NCBI GenBank assembly: GCA_001770475.1
Contig: MERB01000002.1
Location: 37,008-88,029, forward strand
Length of the DNA: 51,022 nt
Direction of reading: 5' to 3'
DNA from: Betaproteobacteria bacterium RIFCSPLOWO2_02_FULL_66_14
Lineage (GTDB): Bacteria > Pseudomonadota > Gammaproteobacteria > Burkholderiales > SG8-39
A model generated the notes under the pieces. It was not told the DNA's origin and did no database searches. It worked only from the letters and a program-made list of their open reading frames with translations. Of the stretch, positions 8,813 through 18,753 are shown in pieces (the stretch's first letter is position 1; each line of letters begins with the position of its first letter). The position numbers and the translations under genes are program-made.

Positions 8813-9464
8813 GCGCCGGTACGCCCTGATCGTTTTCGACTGGGACGGCACCCTGATCGATTCGGCCGCCACGATCGTGGACTGCATTCAATCCGCGGCC
8901 AGGGATCTCGGCTTGCCGGTTCCCGAGCGTGAGCGCGCGAGCCACGTGATCGGACTGGGGCTGAAGGACGCCTTGCACCACGCGGTGCCTTCGCTGAAGC
9001 CGGATCGCTATCCGGAGTTCGCCGAGCGTTACCGCGATCACTTCGTCGCTCGCGAAGACGCAATGCGGCTGTTTCCCGGAGTGCGCGAAATGCTCGAGCG
9101 GCTTTCACGGCGCGGACACCGGCTCGCAATCGCGACCGGCAAGACCCGGCGCGGACTCGATCGGGCGATTCTGGCGAGCGGGCTGGCAAGCCATTTCTCC
9201 GCCTCGCGCTGTGGGGACGAAACCCGTTCCAAGCCGAATCCGGCGATGTTGATCGAACTGATGCGGGAACTCGCGACCGGCGCGCCGCACAGCCTGATGA
9301 TCGGCGATACGACGCACGATCTCCAAATGGCGTACAACGCCGGCGTCGACGCGCTCGCCGTCACCTATGGCGCGCACCCGGCGGCGGTGTTGCAGGCGCT
9401 TGCACCGCAACGGTGTGTGGCGAGCGTGAGCGAGCTGGAACGATGGCTGGACGCGAACGCCTGA
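8802..9464 (+). CDS. HAD-superfamily hydrolase (phosphoglycolate phosphatase-like)
   Basis: LIVFDWDGTLIDS (the DxDGT motif), a TGK motif and a later GDTTHD motif are present. Confidence 0.85.
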   Translation: MRAERRYALIVFDWDGTLIDSAATIVDCIQSAARDLGLPVPERERASHVIGLGLKDALHHAVPSLKPDRYPEFAERYRDHFVAREDAMRLFPGVREMLERLSRRGHRLAIATGKTRRGLDRAILASGLASHFSASRCGDETRSKPNPAMLIELMRELATGAPHSLMIGDTTHDLQMAYNAGVDALAVTYGAHPAAVLQALAPQRCVASVSELERWLDANA

Positions 9465-9799
9465 TCTGCGCGTCGGGCGCGCTGGCCGAATCCGGCCGCG
9501 CCGTCCGGTTCGAAATCGAGTACTTTGGCGCCCGCGCGCCGGCTTTCGTGGTCCGGTACCGCCGCGAGGTCCACGGCTACCTCAATCGCTGCGGCCACAC
9601 GCCGATGGAACTCGACTGGCGCGAGGGCGAAGTGTTCGATTTCGAGGGCCGCAATTTGATATGCTCGACACACGGCGCGGCGTACGCGCCGGACAGCGGC
9701 CGCTGCCTTGGCGGGCCGTGCAAAGGAACCCCGCTGCTGCGGCTGCAGGTCGCGGAACGCGACGGCAACGTGTACTACCTAGGATACGACGATGGCTGA
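9443..9799 (+). CDS. Rieske (2Fe-2S) domain protein
   Basis: CGH...CSTHG (CxH...CxxH) ligand pattern. The start is taken at MAGRERL. Confidence 0.8.
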   Translation: MAGRERLICASGALAESGRAVRFEIEYFGARAPAFVVRYRREVHGYLNRCGHTPMELDWREGEVFDFEGRNLICSTHGAAYAPDSGRCLGGPCKGTPLLRLQVAERDGNVYYLGYDDG

Positions 9800-10733
9800 C
9801 AGCGGCGAACGGTGGGAACGCGAAGTGCTCGAGAAACTCGCCACGGCGGCGCTGAAGGAGCAACGTCGGGCGCGCGCCTGGGGGATCTTCTTCAAGCTTT
9901 TGACCTTCGCCTACGTCACGGTGATCATCCTGTTCGCGGTCGACTGGAAACAGTACGGCGAGAGCAGGGGCCGCCACACCGCGCTGGTCGAGATCAACGG
10001 ACTGATTGCGCCCGGGACCGACGCGAGCGCGGAAAAGGTGACCAGCGCGCTCAACGCGGCGTTCAAGGACAAGAATACGCAGGGCGTAGTCCTGCGCGTC
10101 AATTCACCCGGCGGCAGCCCGGTGCAGGCGCAGACGATCTTCGAGGAGACGCGCCGCCTGCGCCGCCTGCATCCGGGAATCCCCCTGTACGCCGTGGTCG
10201 AGGATCTGTGCGCCTCGGGCGGCTATTACGCCGCGGTCGGGGCGGACCGGATTTTCGTCAGCCGCTCGAGCATCGTCGGCTCGATCGGAGTGCGCATGGA
10301 CGGGTTCGGCGTGACCGGGCTGATGGAAAAGCTCGGCATCGAGCGCCGGCTGCTCACCTCTGGCGACAACAAGGCCATGCTCGATCCGTTCCTTCCGATG
10401 GAGGAGAAGCACCGGGAATACGCGCTCGCGCTCATGCACGACATCCACGAGCAGTTCATTGCCGCCGTGCGCGAAGGCCGCGGCAAGCGACTGAAGGAAA
10501 CTCCGGACACGTTTTCCGGCCTGATCTGGAGCGGTGCGCGCAGCGTCGAACTCGGACTGGCGGATGCCTTCGGCAGCCTCGATCACGTCGCGCGTGAAGT
10601 CATCAAGGCCGAGGACATCGTGGATTACACGCAGAAGGAGAACCTGGCGGAGAAATTCGCGCGGCGAATCGGTGCGAGCGTCACCGCGGGAGTCATGGAC
10701 GTGCTGACACGCCTGCCGCTCAATTTGCGCTGA
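9792..10733 (+). CDS. sppA: Signal peptide peptidase SppA, 36K type (S49 peptidase)
   Basis: An N-terminal transmembrane segment is followed by VVLRVNSPGGS and ASGGYY motifs. Confidence 0.88.
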   Translation: MADSGERWEREVLEKLATAALKEQRRARAWGIFFKLLTFAYVTVIILFAVDWKQYGESRGRHTALVEINGLIAPGTDASAEKVTSALNAAFKDKNTQGVVLRVNSPGGSPVQAQTIFEETRRLRRLHPGIPLYAVVEDLCASGGYYAAVGADRIFVSRSSIVGSIGVRMDGFGVTGLMEKLGIERRLLTSGDNKAMLDPFLPMEEKHREYALALMHDIHEQFIAAVREGRGKRLKETPDTFSGLIWSGARSVELGLADAFGSLDHVAREVIKAEDIVDYTQKENLAEKFARRIGASVTAGVMDVLTRLPLNLR

Positions 10734-11460
10734 GCGGGTGAGTCCCGGCGGTTCGCGACACCGCGGCCTGCATCAGGAATACCGCAGGATGTCCGCCGAA
10801 ATCGGCAGGTAAGCGGCGCCACTGCGCGACGCTATGCGTCGCGACCCATTCCTGCGGCATCGTCAGCGCACTGGCGATCGAGATCAGTGTCCCGGGCCTG
10901 CAGGCGTCGAGGAGCGCCGCGAACAGCGCCTCGTTGCGGTAGGGCGTTTCGATGAAGATCTGAGTTTCGCGCTCTGCGCGCGAGCGCGCCTCCAGCTCGC
11001 GGATTCGCCGCAGGCGCTCGGACTTCGCGCGCGGCAGGTAGCCGCAGAACGCGAACCGCTGGCCTTCGAGTCCCGAGGCCATCAGCGCAAGCAGGATGGA
11101 CGAAGGGCCGATCAACGGAACGATCCGAAATCCTTCGTCGTGTGCGAGCCTCGCTAGCGCCGCGCCCGGATCGGCGACACCGGGACAGCCGGCGTCGGAG
11201 ACCAGGCCGAGGTCGCGACCCTCGCGAAGCGGCGCAAGCAATGCCGGAACGTCCTCCGTGCGGCTGTGCTCGTCGAGCCGCGAAATGCTCAGTTCGCGTA
11301 TTCCGACGGGCATGCCGAGCGCAGAGAGAAATGCGCGCGCGGTCTTCGGATTCTCGGCGACGAAATCACGCAGCCCGCGAACGATGGTCGCCGCGGAAGC
11401 GGGAAGCGCCTGCGTCGGGTCGCTGCCGATCGGCGAGGCGATGACGTACAGGCGCGGCAC
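10720..11460 (-). CDS. SAM-dependent methyltransferase, tetrapyrrole-methylase (RsmI-like) fold
   Basis: LYVIASPIG...ENPKTARAFL...SDAGCPGVADPG pattern. Confidence 0.7.
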   Translation of the reverse strand: MPRLYVIASPIGSDPTQALPASAATIVRGLRDFVAENPKTARAFLSALGMPVGIRELSISRLDEHSRTEDVPALLAPLREGRDLGLVSDAGCPGVADPGAALARLAHDEGFRIVPLIGPSSILLALMASGLEGQRFAFCGYLPRAKSERLRRIRELEARSRAERETQIFIETPYRNEALFAALLDACRPGTLISIASALTMPQEWVATHSVAQWRRLPADFGGHPAVFLMQAAVSRTAGTHPLSAN

Positions 11461-12053
11461 TAGGCGATGACCGGCAACCCGGCTTCAGCGAGCAACTCGG
11501 TGAGCGCGATCAGAGGCAGGCCGATGAGCGAGGTCGGGTCGTCGGTCCGAATGCGCGCGAGCAGGGCGATGCCGAGACCTTCCGCTTTGGCGCTCGCGGA
11601 ACAGTCGAACGGCCGTTCGCGATCGACGTAGGTCTCGATCTGACGGCGGCTCAGGTCCCTGAACTCGACGCGGCAGGGCACGACTCGCGACCGCAACTCG
11701 CCGCTCGCAGCGTCCAGCACGCTGACCGCGGTATCGAAATCGACGGTCTTGCCCTTGAGAAATTCCAGTTGTGCGATCGCGTTCTCGCGGTTTCCCGGCT
11801 TGCCGATCTGTCGTCCCTCGCAGGAAGCCGCCTGATCCGAGCCGATGATCAGCGCACTGCCGAACAGCGGCGCGACCGCCCTTGCCTTGAGCACGGAAAG
11901 GCGCAACGCGAGGGCTGCGGGACGCTCGCCGGGTTCGGCCGATTCGGGAACGCCGGGCGCCGCGCAGACGAACTCCAGCCCCAGGCGCGCGAGCAGTTCG
12001 CGCCGATACCTGGAGGTCGATGCCAGTACGATCTCGCGTCGCTGTTCCATCAC
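11460..12053 (-). CDS. Maf-like nucleoside triphosphate pyrophosphatase (YceF type)
   Basis: IVLASTSRYRRELLARLGL and GSDQ motifs are present. It is divergent from yceD-rpmF-plsX, as in E. coli. Confidence 0.88.
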   Translation of the reverse strand: MMEQRREIVLASTSRYRRELLARLGLEFVCAAPGVPESAEPGERPAALALRLSVLKARAVAPLFGSALIIGSDQAASCEGRQIGKPGNRENAIAQLEFLKGKTVDFDTAVSVLDAASGELRSRVVPCRVEFRDLSRRQIETYVDRERPFDCSASAKAEGLGIALLARIRTDDPTSLIGLPLIALTELLAEAGLPVIA

Positions 12054-12097
12054 TTTGTTTTGACGAGCTTTTTCCTCGATGATATCATCCGCGCCCC

Positions 12098-12592
12098 ATG
12101 CCGCATCCGCCGGTGATCGACGGCTTCGAGTTTGCGCGTTGCAACTCGAGGTTGGCGGGCAGCAGACGCGGGGACAGTCTGCCGCGGCTGCGCGAGTGCC
12201 TGTACGCGCCCGACGGAACCGTCGATTTCGAAATCGAAGGGGTTCCGGAGATGCAAGGACGCCCGGCGCTGCGCCTGCAGGTCAGTGCGAAATTGGCGCT
12301 GCAGTGCCAGCGGTGCCTGGGGCGAGTGGATGTCGAGTTAAGCTCCAAGGCGGTGCTGCTGTTGTACGACGACGAGGCGGAACTCGCAGCCCATCGTGTG
12401 GAGGTGGAGGGACCAGAGCACGTCCTTGCCGGGCGCGAAATGCAGGTGCTGGATCTGGTCGAGGACGAAGTGCTGCTCGCGATTCCTCAGGCGCCGCGGC
12501 ACGGGCAGTGCAGGACGCATGACGGCGACGCGCGGGGCGCGCCGCAACGGCCGTTCGCCGGGCTTCGGGCCCTGATGGGCGGGAAACGCTGA
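12098..12592 (+). CDS. yceD: YceD family protein (DUF177)
   Basis: Its position is immediately upstream of rpmF-plsX. It contains a LQCQRCL zinc-ribbon-like motif. Confidence 0.85.
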   Translation: MPHPPVIDGFEFARCNSRLAGSRRGDSLPRLRECLYAPDGTVDFEIEGVPEMQGRPALRLQVSAKLALQCQRCLGRVDVELSSKAVLLLYDDEAELAAHRVEVEGPEHVLAGREMQVLDLVEDEVLLAIPQAPRHGQCRTHDGDARGAPQRPFAGLRALMGGKR

Positions 12593-12638
12593 ACCAACGT
12601 GGGCGCGAGCCCCGACTGAGATTTGACTGGAGACGACC

Positions 12639-12818
12639 ATGGCCGTACCGCAGAATCGCAAGACCCCCTCGAAGCGCGGAATGCACCGCTCGCATGACGC
12701 CCTCGGCAACCCGCCAACCGCAATCGAACCGACGACGGGCGAGACGCACCTGCGCCATCACGTCAGCCCGACCGGGTTCTATCGCGGCAAGAAAGTCACC
12801 CGAGGCAAGGACGAGTAA
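12639..12818 (+). CDS. rpmF: 50S ribosomal protein L32
   Basis: [22 protein letters not shown]..., 59 aa, stop TAA at 12816-12818. It falls below the ORF-track size cutoff. Confidence 0.95.
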   Translation: MAVPQNRKTPSKRGMHRSHDALGNPPTAIEPTTGETHLRHHVSPTGFYRGKKVTRGKDE

Positions 12819-12865
12819 CTCCGGAGCTCAGTGGCGCCGCGACGACCGCGGCGGCACGCCGGCGC

Positions 12866-13906
12866 ATGAAAATCACGGTCGCGGTGGATTGCATGGGGGG
12901 TGACCATGGCCCGGGCGTCACCGTGCCCGCAGTGCTCGAATTTCTGCACGAGCGCGCCGAGGTGAGCTGCGTTCTGGTCGGCCTGGAGGACGTGATCCGC
13001 GCTGAACTGCGCGCACGAGGCGCGGCGACCGGCCCGCGCCTGCACCTGCACCCGGCGAGCGAGGTGGTGGGGATGAGCGAAGCGCCCGCTCAGGCGCTGC
13101 GCTACAAGAAGGATTCGTCGATGCGCGTGGCGGTCAATCTGGTGCGTAGCGGCGAAGCGCACGCCTGCGTGAGCGCGGGAAACACCGGCGCCCTGATGGC
13201 GATCTCGCGGTTCGTCCTGAAGACGCTGCCCGGCATCGACCGGCCCGCCATTGCGAGCGTGCTTCCGAACATGAATGGCGGATTCACCTACGTGCTCGAT
13301 CTGGGCGCCAACGTCGATTGCACGCCGGAGCAGCTGATGCAGTTCGGCATCATGGGCGCGATGCTGGTCTCGGCGATCGAGCACAAGGAGCGTCCGGTGG
13401 TCGGTCTGCTCAATATCGGCGTCGAGGACATCAAAGGCAACGACACCGTAAAGCAGGCTGCCGACCTGCTGCGCGGGAGCGGCCTGAATTTCCACGGCAA
13501 CGTCGAAGGCGACGACATCTACAAAGGCACGACCGACGTGGTGGTGTGCGACGGCTTCGTCGGCAATTCCGTGCTCAAGGCCTCCGAAGGCGTGGCCAAG
13601 ATGATCGTCGCGCACCTGCGTCAGGAGTTTTCCCGAAACCCCTGGCGCAGATTCGTGGCGCTGCTCGCGCGGCCGGTGCTGCGCTCGCTGCGCTCGCGAA
13701 TGGACCCCGGTCGCTACAACGGCGCGAGCCTGCTCGGTCTGCGCGGAATCGTCGTCAAGAGCCACGGGTCGGCGGATGCGTATGCGTTCGGCCAGGCGTT
13801 GCGTCGCGGTGAGGAACAGGTGCTCAACGACGTCGTGCGCCGCATCACGCAGCGCATGGCGGAACTTCGGCCGGCACCCGGGATTGCGCGGAGCGCCACT
13901 GCATGA
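12866..13906 (+). CDS. plsX: Phosphate acyltransferase PlsX
   Basis: [16 protein letters not shown] is the canonical PlsX N-terminus. Confidence 0.96.
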   Translation: MKITVAVDCMGGDHGPGVTVPAVLEFLHERAEVSCVLVGLEDVIRAELRARGAATGPRLHLHPASEVVGMSEAPAQALRYKKDSSMRVAVNLVRSGEAHACVSAGNTGALMAISRFVLKTLPGIDRPAIASVLPNMNGGFTYVLDLGANVDCTPEQLMQFGIMGAMLVSAIEHKERPVVGLLNIGVEDIKGNDTVKQAADLLRGSGLNFHGNVEGDDIYKGTTDVVVCDGFVGNSVLKASEGVAKMIVAHLRQEFSRNPWRRFVALLARPVLRSLRSRMDPGRYNGASLLGLRGIVVKSHGSADAYAFGQALRRGEEQVLNDVVRRITQRMAELRPAPGIARSATA

Positions 13907-14862
13907 CCTACGCGCGCATCGTCGCCACCGGCAGCTACCTTCCGCCGAGGGTCGTGAAGAACGAGGAGTTCGCGGCGCGTCTCGACACCAGCGACGAATG
14001 GATACGCGAGCGCACCGGAATTCGCGAACGTCGCATCGCGGATCCGTCGCAGGCATCGAGCGACCTCGCGCTCGAAGCGAGCCGCGCGGCGCTCGCCGCG
14101 GCCCAGCTGCAGCCCTCGGATCTCGACCTGATCATCGTGGCGACCTCGACGCCGGACTACGTATTTCCCAGCACGGCCTGCCTGCTGCAGGCGAAGCTCG
14201 GGGCGGGCCGGTGCGCGGCCTTCGACGTGCAGGCCGTCTGCAGCGGCTTCGTCTATGGACTGGCGACCGCGGACGGGTTCATCCGGGGCGGCAATGCCAA
14301 GCGCGCGCTCGTGGTCGGAGCCGAGGTGTTTTCCCGCATCATGGACTGGAACGACCGTTCCACCTGCGTGCTGTTCGGCGATGGCGCCGGGGCGGTCGTG
14401 CTGGCCGCCGACTCGGCGCCCGGAATCCACGCCTCGGTGCTGCGCGCCGACGGCAATTACGCAGGCGCGCTGTCGGTGCCGGGAAACATCTGCGGCGGAC
14501 GCATCGTCGGTTCGCCCTACCTGCAGATGCAGGGGAACCAGGTCTTCAAGGTTGCCGTCAAGGTGCTCGACGAAGTGGCGCGCGAGACGCTGGCCGCGGC
14601 AAAGCTTCGTGTGGAGGACATCGATTGGCTGATTCCGCATCAGGCCAACGTTCGCATCCTCGAAGCGACCGCAAGAAAACTCGGGCTGCCGCTCGAGCGC
14701 CTGGTGGTGACGGTCGATCATCACGGCAACACTTCGGCGGCATCGGTCCCGCTGGCGCTCGACGAACAGGTTCGCGCGGGGCGCATCCGCGCCGGCCACC
14801 GGGTGATGCTGCAGGGCGTCGGCGGCGGATTCACCTGGGGCGCGGTACTGGCGACGATGTAG
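13903..14862 (+). CDS. fabH: 3-oxoacyl-ACP synthase III
   Basis: [15 protein letters not shown], an active-site AVCSGF motif and HQANVRIL are present. Confidence 0.96.
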   Translation: MTYARIVATGSYLPPRVVKNEEFAARLDTSDEWIRERTGIRERRIADPSQASSDLALEASRAALAAAQLQPSDLDLIIVATSTPDYVFPSTACLLQAKLGAGRCAAFDVQAVCSGFVYGLATADGFIRGGNAKRALVVGAEVFSRIMDWNDRSTCVLFGDGAGAVVLAADSAPGIHASVLRADGNYAGALSVPGNICGGRIVGSPYLQMQGNQVFKVAVKVLDEVARETLAAAKLRVEDIDWLIPHQANVRILEATARKLGLPLERLVVTVDHHGNTSAASVPLALDEQVRAGRIRAGHRVMLQGVGGGFTWGAVLATM

Positions 14863-14903
14863 AGACATGGATTGCGTCCGCGAAAGTTTTGCTTTTCATC
14901 GAT

Positions 14904-14937
14904 CTCCCGACTTCGCGCCACGGCGCGAAGTCGGGAG
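14904..14937. repeat. Perfect 16-bp inverted repeat between fabH and fabD
   Basis: CTCCCGACTTCGCGCC-AC-GGCGCGAAGTCGGGAG. Confidence 0.5.
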
Positions 14938-14964
14938 ACCCGGATCGCCGGCAAGGAACGCTGC

Positions 14965-15900
14965 ATGAAACTGGCAATGGTTTTCCCTGGACAGGGATCG
15001 CAGGCCGTAGGCATGCTCAAGGCCTACGGTGGGGCGCCGGCGGTGGAATCCGTCCGCGCAGTAGCGGCGCAGGCGCTGGGCGAGGAATTCCTCCACCTGC
15101 TCGACGAAGGCCCCGCGGACCAGCTCAATCTCACCGTCAACACTCAGCCCGCGATGCTCACCGCAGGGGTTGCCGCGTATCGCGCCTGGGTCGCGCTCGG
15201 CGGTGCGGAACCTGAAATCGTCGCCGGCCACAGCCTGGGTGAGTACAGCGCGCTGGTTGCCGCCGGGGCGCTGGACCTGCAGCAGGCGCTGCCGCTGGTG
15301 CGGTTTCGTGCCCTATGCATGCAGCAGGCGGTGCCCGAAGGCGTCGGCGCGATGGCGGCAGTATTGAATCTCGATGACGAAGCCGTCCGGGCGGCTTGCG
15401 CCGAGGCGTCGCAGGGCGAAATCGTCCAGGCGGTCAATTTCAATGCGCCGGGACAGGTCGTGATTGCGGGGCACAAGGCTGCCGTGGCGCGCGCCATCGA
15501 CGCCTGCAAGGCGAAGGGCGCCAAGCGGGCGCTGCCGCTGCCGGTGAGCGCACCGTTTCATTCAGCGTTGATGCGCCCGGCCGCCGAGCGGTTGGCCGGC
15601 TATCTCGAAACGGTCGGGATTTCGCCGCCCCGGGTAGCGCTGGTGAACAATGTCGACGTGCGCGTCGAGCGTGAGCCCGCCCGGATCAAGGACGCGTTGG
15701 TGCGGCAGGCCGCATCTCCGGTTCGCTGGGCGGATACGGTCCGGTTTCTCGCGCAGCAGGGCGTCACGCACGTGCTCGAATGCGGTCCTGGAAAGGTGCT
15801 CACGGGACTGGTCAAGCGCATCGACGGCAGCCTGCAGGCGATGGCCTTGACCGACGCCGCATCCGTCGAGCAGGCGCTCGCTGCGACGAGGGGGAATTGA
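14965..15900 (+). CDS. fabD: Malonyl-CoA:ACP transacylase
   Basis: MKLAMVFPGQGSQAVGM and GHSLGEYSAL are present. The ATG is at 14965. Confidence 0.95.
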   Translation: MKLAMVFPGQGSQAVGMLKAYGGAPAVESVRAVAAQALGEEFLHLLDEGPADQLNLTVNTQPAMLTAGVAAYRAWVALGGAEPEIVAGHSLGEYSALVAAGALDLQQALPLVRFRALCMQQAVPEGVGAMAAVLNLDDEAVRAACAEASQGEIVQAVNFNAPGQVVIAGHKAAVARAIDACKAKGAKRALPLPVSAPFHSALMRPAAERLAGYLETVGISPPRVALVNNVDVRVEREPARIKDALVRQAASPVRWADTVRFLAQQGVTHVLECGPGKVLTGLVKRIDGSLQAMALTDAASVEQALAATRGN

Positions 15901-15902
15901 AC

Positions 15903-16634
15903 ATGCTGCAGGGAAAGGTCGCGCTGGTCACCGGGGCGTCGCGCGGCATCGGCCGTGCAATCGCGACGCGACTGGCGCGTGACGGCGCAAGGGTGGTCGG
16001 CACCGCGACCGGGGCAGCGGGCCTGGAGGCAATCTCGCAGGCGCTGGGTGCGGACGGTGCGGGCAGGATTCTCGACGTGCGCGACGCCGCCCAGTGCGAC
16101 CAGGTGGTGCAGGAGGTGCAGCGCGAGTTCGGCGACGTCCTCATTCTCGTCAACAACGCGGCGGTGGTGCGCGACAACCTCGCGCTCCGAATGAAGGATG
16201 CGGAGTGGGACGAGGTGATGGACACCAACCTGCGCGCCGTGTTCCGCCTGTCGCGCGCGGTGATGCGCGGCATGATGAAGGCGCGCTGGGGGCGGATCGT
16301 CAACATTACTTCGGTGGTGGGCGCGGTCGGAAACGCGGGCCAGGCGAACTATGCGGCCGCCAAGGCCGGCGTGGCTGGCATGACGCGTTCGCTCGCGCGC
16401 GAACTCGGCAGCCGCAACGTCACCGTGAACTGCGTTGCACCCGGATTCATCGACACCGACATGACACGCGCGCTCAGCGAGATTCAGCGCAACGCGCTGC
16501 TTTCGCAAATCCCGCTGGGACGTCTGGGCAGCGCCGAGGAGGTCGCGGCCGCCGTCGCTTACCTTGCCTCCCCGGCCGCGGGTTACGTGACGGGCAGCGT
16601 GCTGCACGTCAACGGCGGGATGCACATGACCTGA
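15903..16634 (+). CDS. fabG: 3-oxoacyl-ACP reductase
   Basis: VALVTGASRGIGRAIA and YAAAKAG (the YxxxK motif) are present. Confidence 0.95.
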   Translation: MLQGKVALVTGASRGIGRAIATRLARDGARVVGTATGAAGLEAISQALGADGAGRILDVRDAAQCDQVVQEVQREFGDVLILVNNAAVVRDNLALRMKDAEWDEVMDTNLRAVFRLSRAVMRGMMKARWGRIVNITSVVGAVGNAGQANYAAAKAGVAGMTRSLARELGSRNVTVNCVAPGFIDTDMTRALSEIQRNALLSQIPLGRLGSAEEVAAAVAYLASPAAGYVTGSVLHVNGGMHMT

Positions 16635-16696
16635 TTCCGGTAAAATGACGGGCCGCGTCGATTCCGATCGAGGCCCAGACAGGGAAGGAGAGCAGG

Positions 16697-16936
16697 ATGG
16701 AAAACGTTGAACAGCGCGTCAAGAAGATCGTCGCCGAGCAACTCGGCGTGAACGAGGCCGAGATCAAGAACGAATCGTCGTTCGTAGACGACCTTGGCGC
16801 GGATTCGCTCGACACCGTCGAGCTGGTCATGGCGCTCGAAGAGGAATTCGAGACCGAGATCCCGGACGAGGAGGCAGAGAAAATCACGACGGTGCAGCAG
16901 GCCATCGACTACGTGAAGTCGCACGCCAAGTCCTGA
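16697..16936 (+). CDS. acpP: Acyl carrier protein
   Basis: [20 protein letters not shown] contains the phosphopantetheine-attachment serine. Confidence 0.97.
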   Translation: MENVEQRVKKIVAEQLGVNEAEIKNESSFVDDLGADSLDTVELVMALEEEFETEIPDEEAEKITTVQQAIDYVKSHAKS

Positions 16937-16950
16937 GCACGACGATCACG

Positions 16951-18189
16951 GTGCAGCGTCGACGAGTCGTCGTCACCGGGCTCGGCATCATCAGCCCGGT
17001 GGGCAACACGGTTGCCGAAGCCTGGGCCGGCATCCTGGCGGGAAAATCGGGGATCACTCAGGTCACGCGGTTCGACGCCTCCCGCCTGTCGAGCAGGATC
17101 GCCGGTGAGGTCAAGGACTTCGACATCGCCCAGTACGTCTCGCCCAAGGAAGCGCGGCGCATGGACACGTTCATCCACTACGGGATGGCGGCCGGGCTGC
17201 AGGCGTGGCGCGATGCGCAGATCAAGGCGACGCCCGAAAATGCCGAGCGCCTGGGAATCAATTTCGGCTCCGGAATCGGCGGACTGCCGCTGATCGAGGC
17301 GACGCACGACGAGCTGCGCAAGAACGGTCCGCGGCGGATCTCGCCTTTTTTCATTCCGGGCACGATCATCAACATGATCGCCGGAAATCTGTCCATCCTG
17401 CTCGGCACCAAAGGTCCGAATCTGGCCATGGTGACCGCCTGCACGACCTCGACGAATTGCCTTGGGGAGGCAGCGAAATCGATCCGGCTCGGGGAGGTCG
17501 ACGTGATGCTCGCCGGCGGCGCAGAGGCGACCGTGACGGAACTCGCCATGGGAGGGTTCGCATCGGCGCGCGCGCTTTCGACCCGCAACGACGACCCGGC
17601 CGGGGCGAGCCGGCCGTGGGACCGCGATCGCGACGGGTTCGTCCTCGGCGAAGGGGCGGGCGCCATGGTTCTCGAGGAGTACGAACACGCAAAGGCCCGG
17701 GGCGCAAAGATCTATTGCGAACTGGTGGGGTACGGAGTCTCCGCGGATGCCTATCACATGACTGCGCCAAGCGAGGACGGCGACGGCGCGTACCGCTGCA
17801 TGCGCAATGCCCTGCGGGACGCGGGCCTCGAGGCTTCGAGCGTGGATTACGTCAACGCGCACGGCACCTCGACTCCGTTGGGCGACGTCGCCGAGACGAT
17901 GGCGGTCAAGCGCGTGATGGGCGAGCACGCGTCGAAAGTTGCGGTCAATTCGACCAAATCGATGACCGGCCACCTCCTGGGCGCCGCCGGGGGCATCGAG
18001 GCGGTGTTCAGCGCGCTTGCGATCCGCGACCAGATCTCGCCGCCGACCATCAATCTGCAGAATCCGGATCCGCAGTGCGATCTCGACTACGTGCCAAACG
18101 CGGCGCGCCGGATGCCGATCCGGGTTGCGATGTCGAATTCCTTCGGATTCGGTGGCACCAACGGCACCCTGGTATTTTCGGGACTCTGA
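16951..18189 (+). CDS. fabF: 3-oxoacyl-ACP synthase II
   Basis: [23 protein letters not shown] and [14 protein letters not shown] are present. Confidence 0.96.
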   Translation: MQRRRVVVTGLGIISPVGNTVAEAWAGILAGKSGITQVTRFDASRLSSRIAGEVKDFDIAQYVSPKEARRMDTFIHYGMAAGLQAWRDAQIKATPENAERLGINFGSGIGGLPLIEATHDELRKNGPRRISPFFIPGTIINMIAGNLSILLGTKGPNLAMVTACTTSTNCLGEAAKSIRLGEVDVMLAGGAEATVTELAMGGFASARALSTRNDDPAGASRPWDRDRDGFVLGEGAGAMVLEEYEHAKARGAKIYCELVGYGVSADAYHMTAPSEDGDGAYRCMRNALRDAGLEASSVDYVNAHGTSTPLGDVAETMAVKRVMGEHASKVAVNSTKSMTGHLLGAAGGIEAVFSALAIRDQISPPTINLQNPDPQCDLDYVPNAARRMPIRVAMSNSFGFGGTNGTLVFSGL

Positions 18190-18209
18190 GCGGCCCGTCG
18201 ATCCTCCGG

Positions 18210-18635
18210 CTGGAACTTCACCCGTCCCCGGCGTTGGCCGTGGCGATTCTTTGCCTACATGCGTGCATGGCGTTTGGACTTTGGCTCCTCGTTTCGGGTT
18301 TCATAGGATGGACGCTGGCCGCCCTCGCCATGGCACTCGGCGCGGCGAGCGCCGCCGACCGCGCGTTGCTCTGGGGTCGGCGGGCGCCGCGACGAATCGA
18401 GATCCGAAGCGACGGCAGCGCCTGCGTCATGACGGCGGACGGGACGGTGTTGTCGGCGGATCGGGGCGCGCAACGCGCTGGTCGGTGGTGGGCCATCGTG
18501 CAGCTCGCATCGCGCCGGAGGCGTCACCTGCTGATCACGGCCGGCATGCTGACGGGCGAGGATCTGCGCCGCCTGCGGCTGTGGGTGCTGTGGGGCCGCC
18601 ATGGCGCGGGCGAAGTGTCGGCGCCCGGTGGCTAG
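18210..18635 (+). CDS. YgfX/CptA-like inner-membrane protein; the start codon is uncertain
   Basis: This is the tail of track ORF 17205..18635. Two transmembrane segments (ALAVAILCLHACMAFGLWLL, GWTLAALAMALGAA) are followed by WWAIVQL...HLLITAGMLTGEDLRRLRLWVLW, which parallels E. coli YgfX. Only CTG, TTG or GTG starts are available between 18186 and 18240. Confidence 0.5.
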   Translation: MELHPSPALAVAILCLHACMAFGLWLLVSGFIGWTLAALAMALGAASAADRALLWGRRAPRRIEIRSDGSACVMTADGTVLSADRGAQRAGRWWAIVQLASRRRRHLLITAGMLTGEDLRRLRLWVLWGRHGAGEVSAPGG

Positions 18636-18657
18636 GCTCCGCACGGGTCATGCCGGC

Positions 18658-18684
18658 GAACTATTTCCATGGACGACTGTCTGT
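18658..18684 (+). promoter_or_regulatory. Sigma-E (AlgU/RpoE)-type promoter upstream of rpoE
   Basis: GAACTA-N16-TCTGT compared with the consensus GAACTT-N16/17-TCTGA. It lies about 70 nt upstream of the rpoE start. Confidence 0.5.
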
Positions 18685-18753
18685 GCAGGGTAGGCGCAGC
18701 AACCCGGCATCGGGTGCGTCTTCGGGCGGGCGGTCTGACGCGGGACCGGGCCC

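Noticed and set aside
12779-14868. Long minus-strand ORFs of 425 and 384 aa.
   Set aside because: They are antisense to plsX and fabH, both of which are unambiguous.
17205-18185. The N-terminal part of the 476-aa plus-strand ORF overlapping fabF.
   Set aside because: It is an alternative frame of fabF with no motifs. Only the tail beyond the fabF stop, the YgfX-like region, is plausible.
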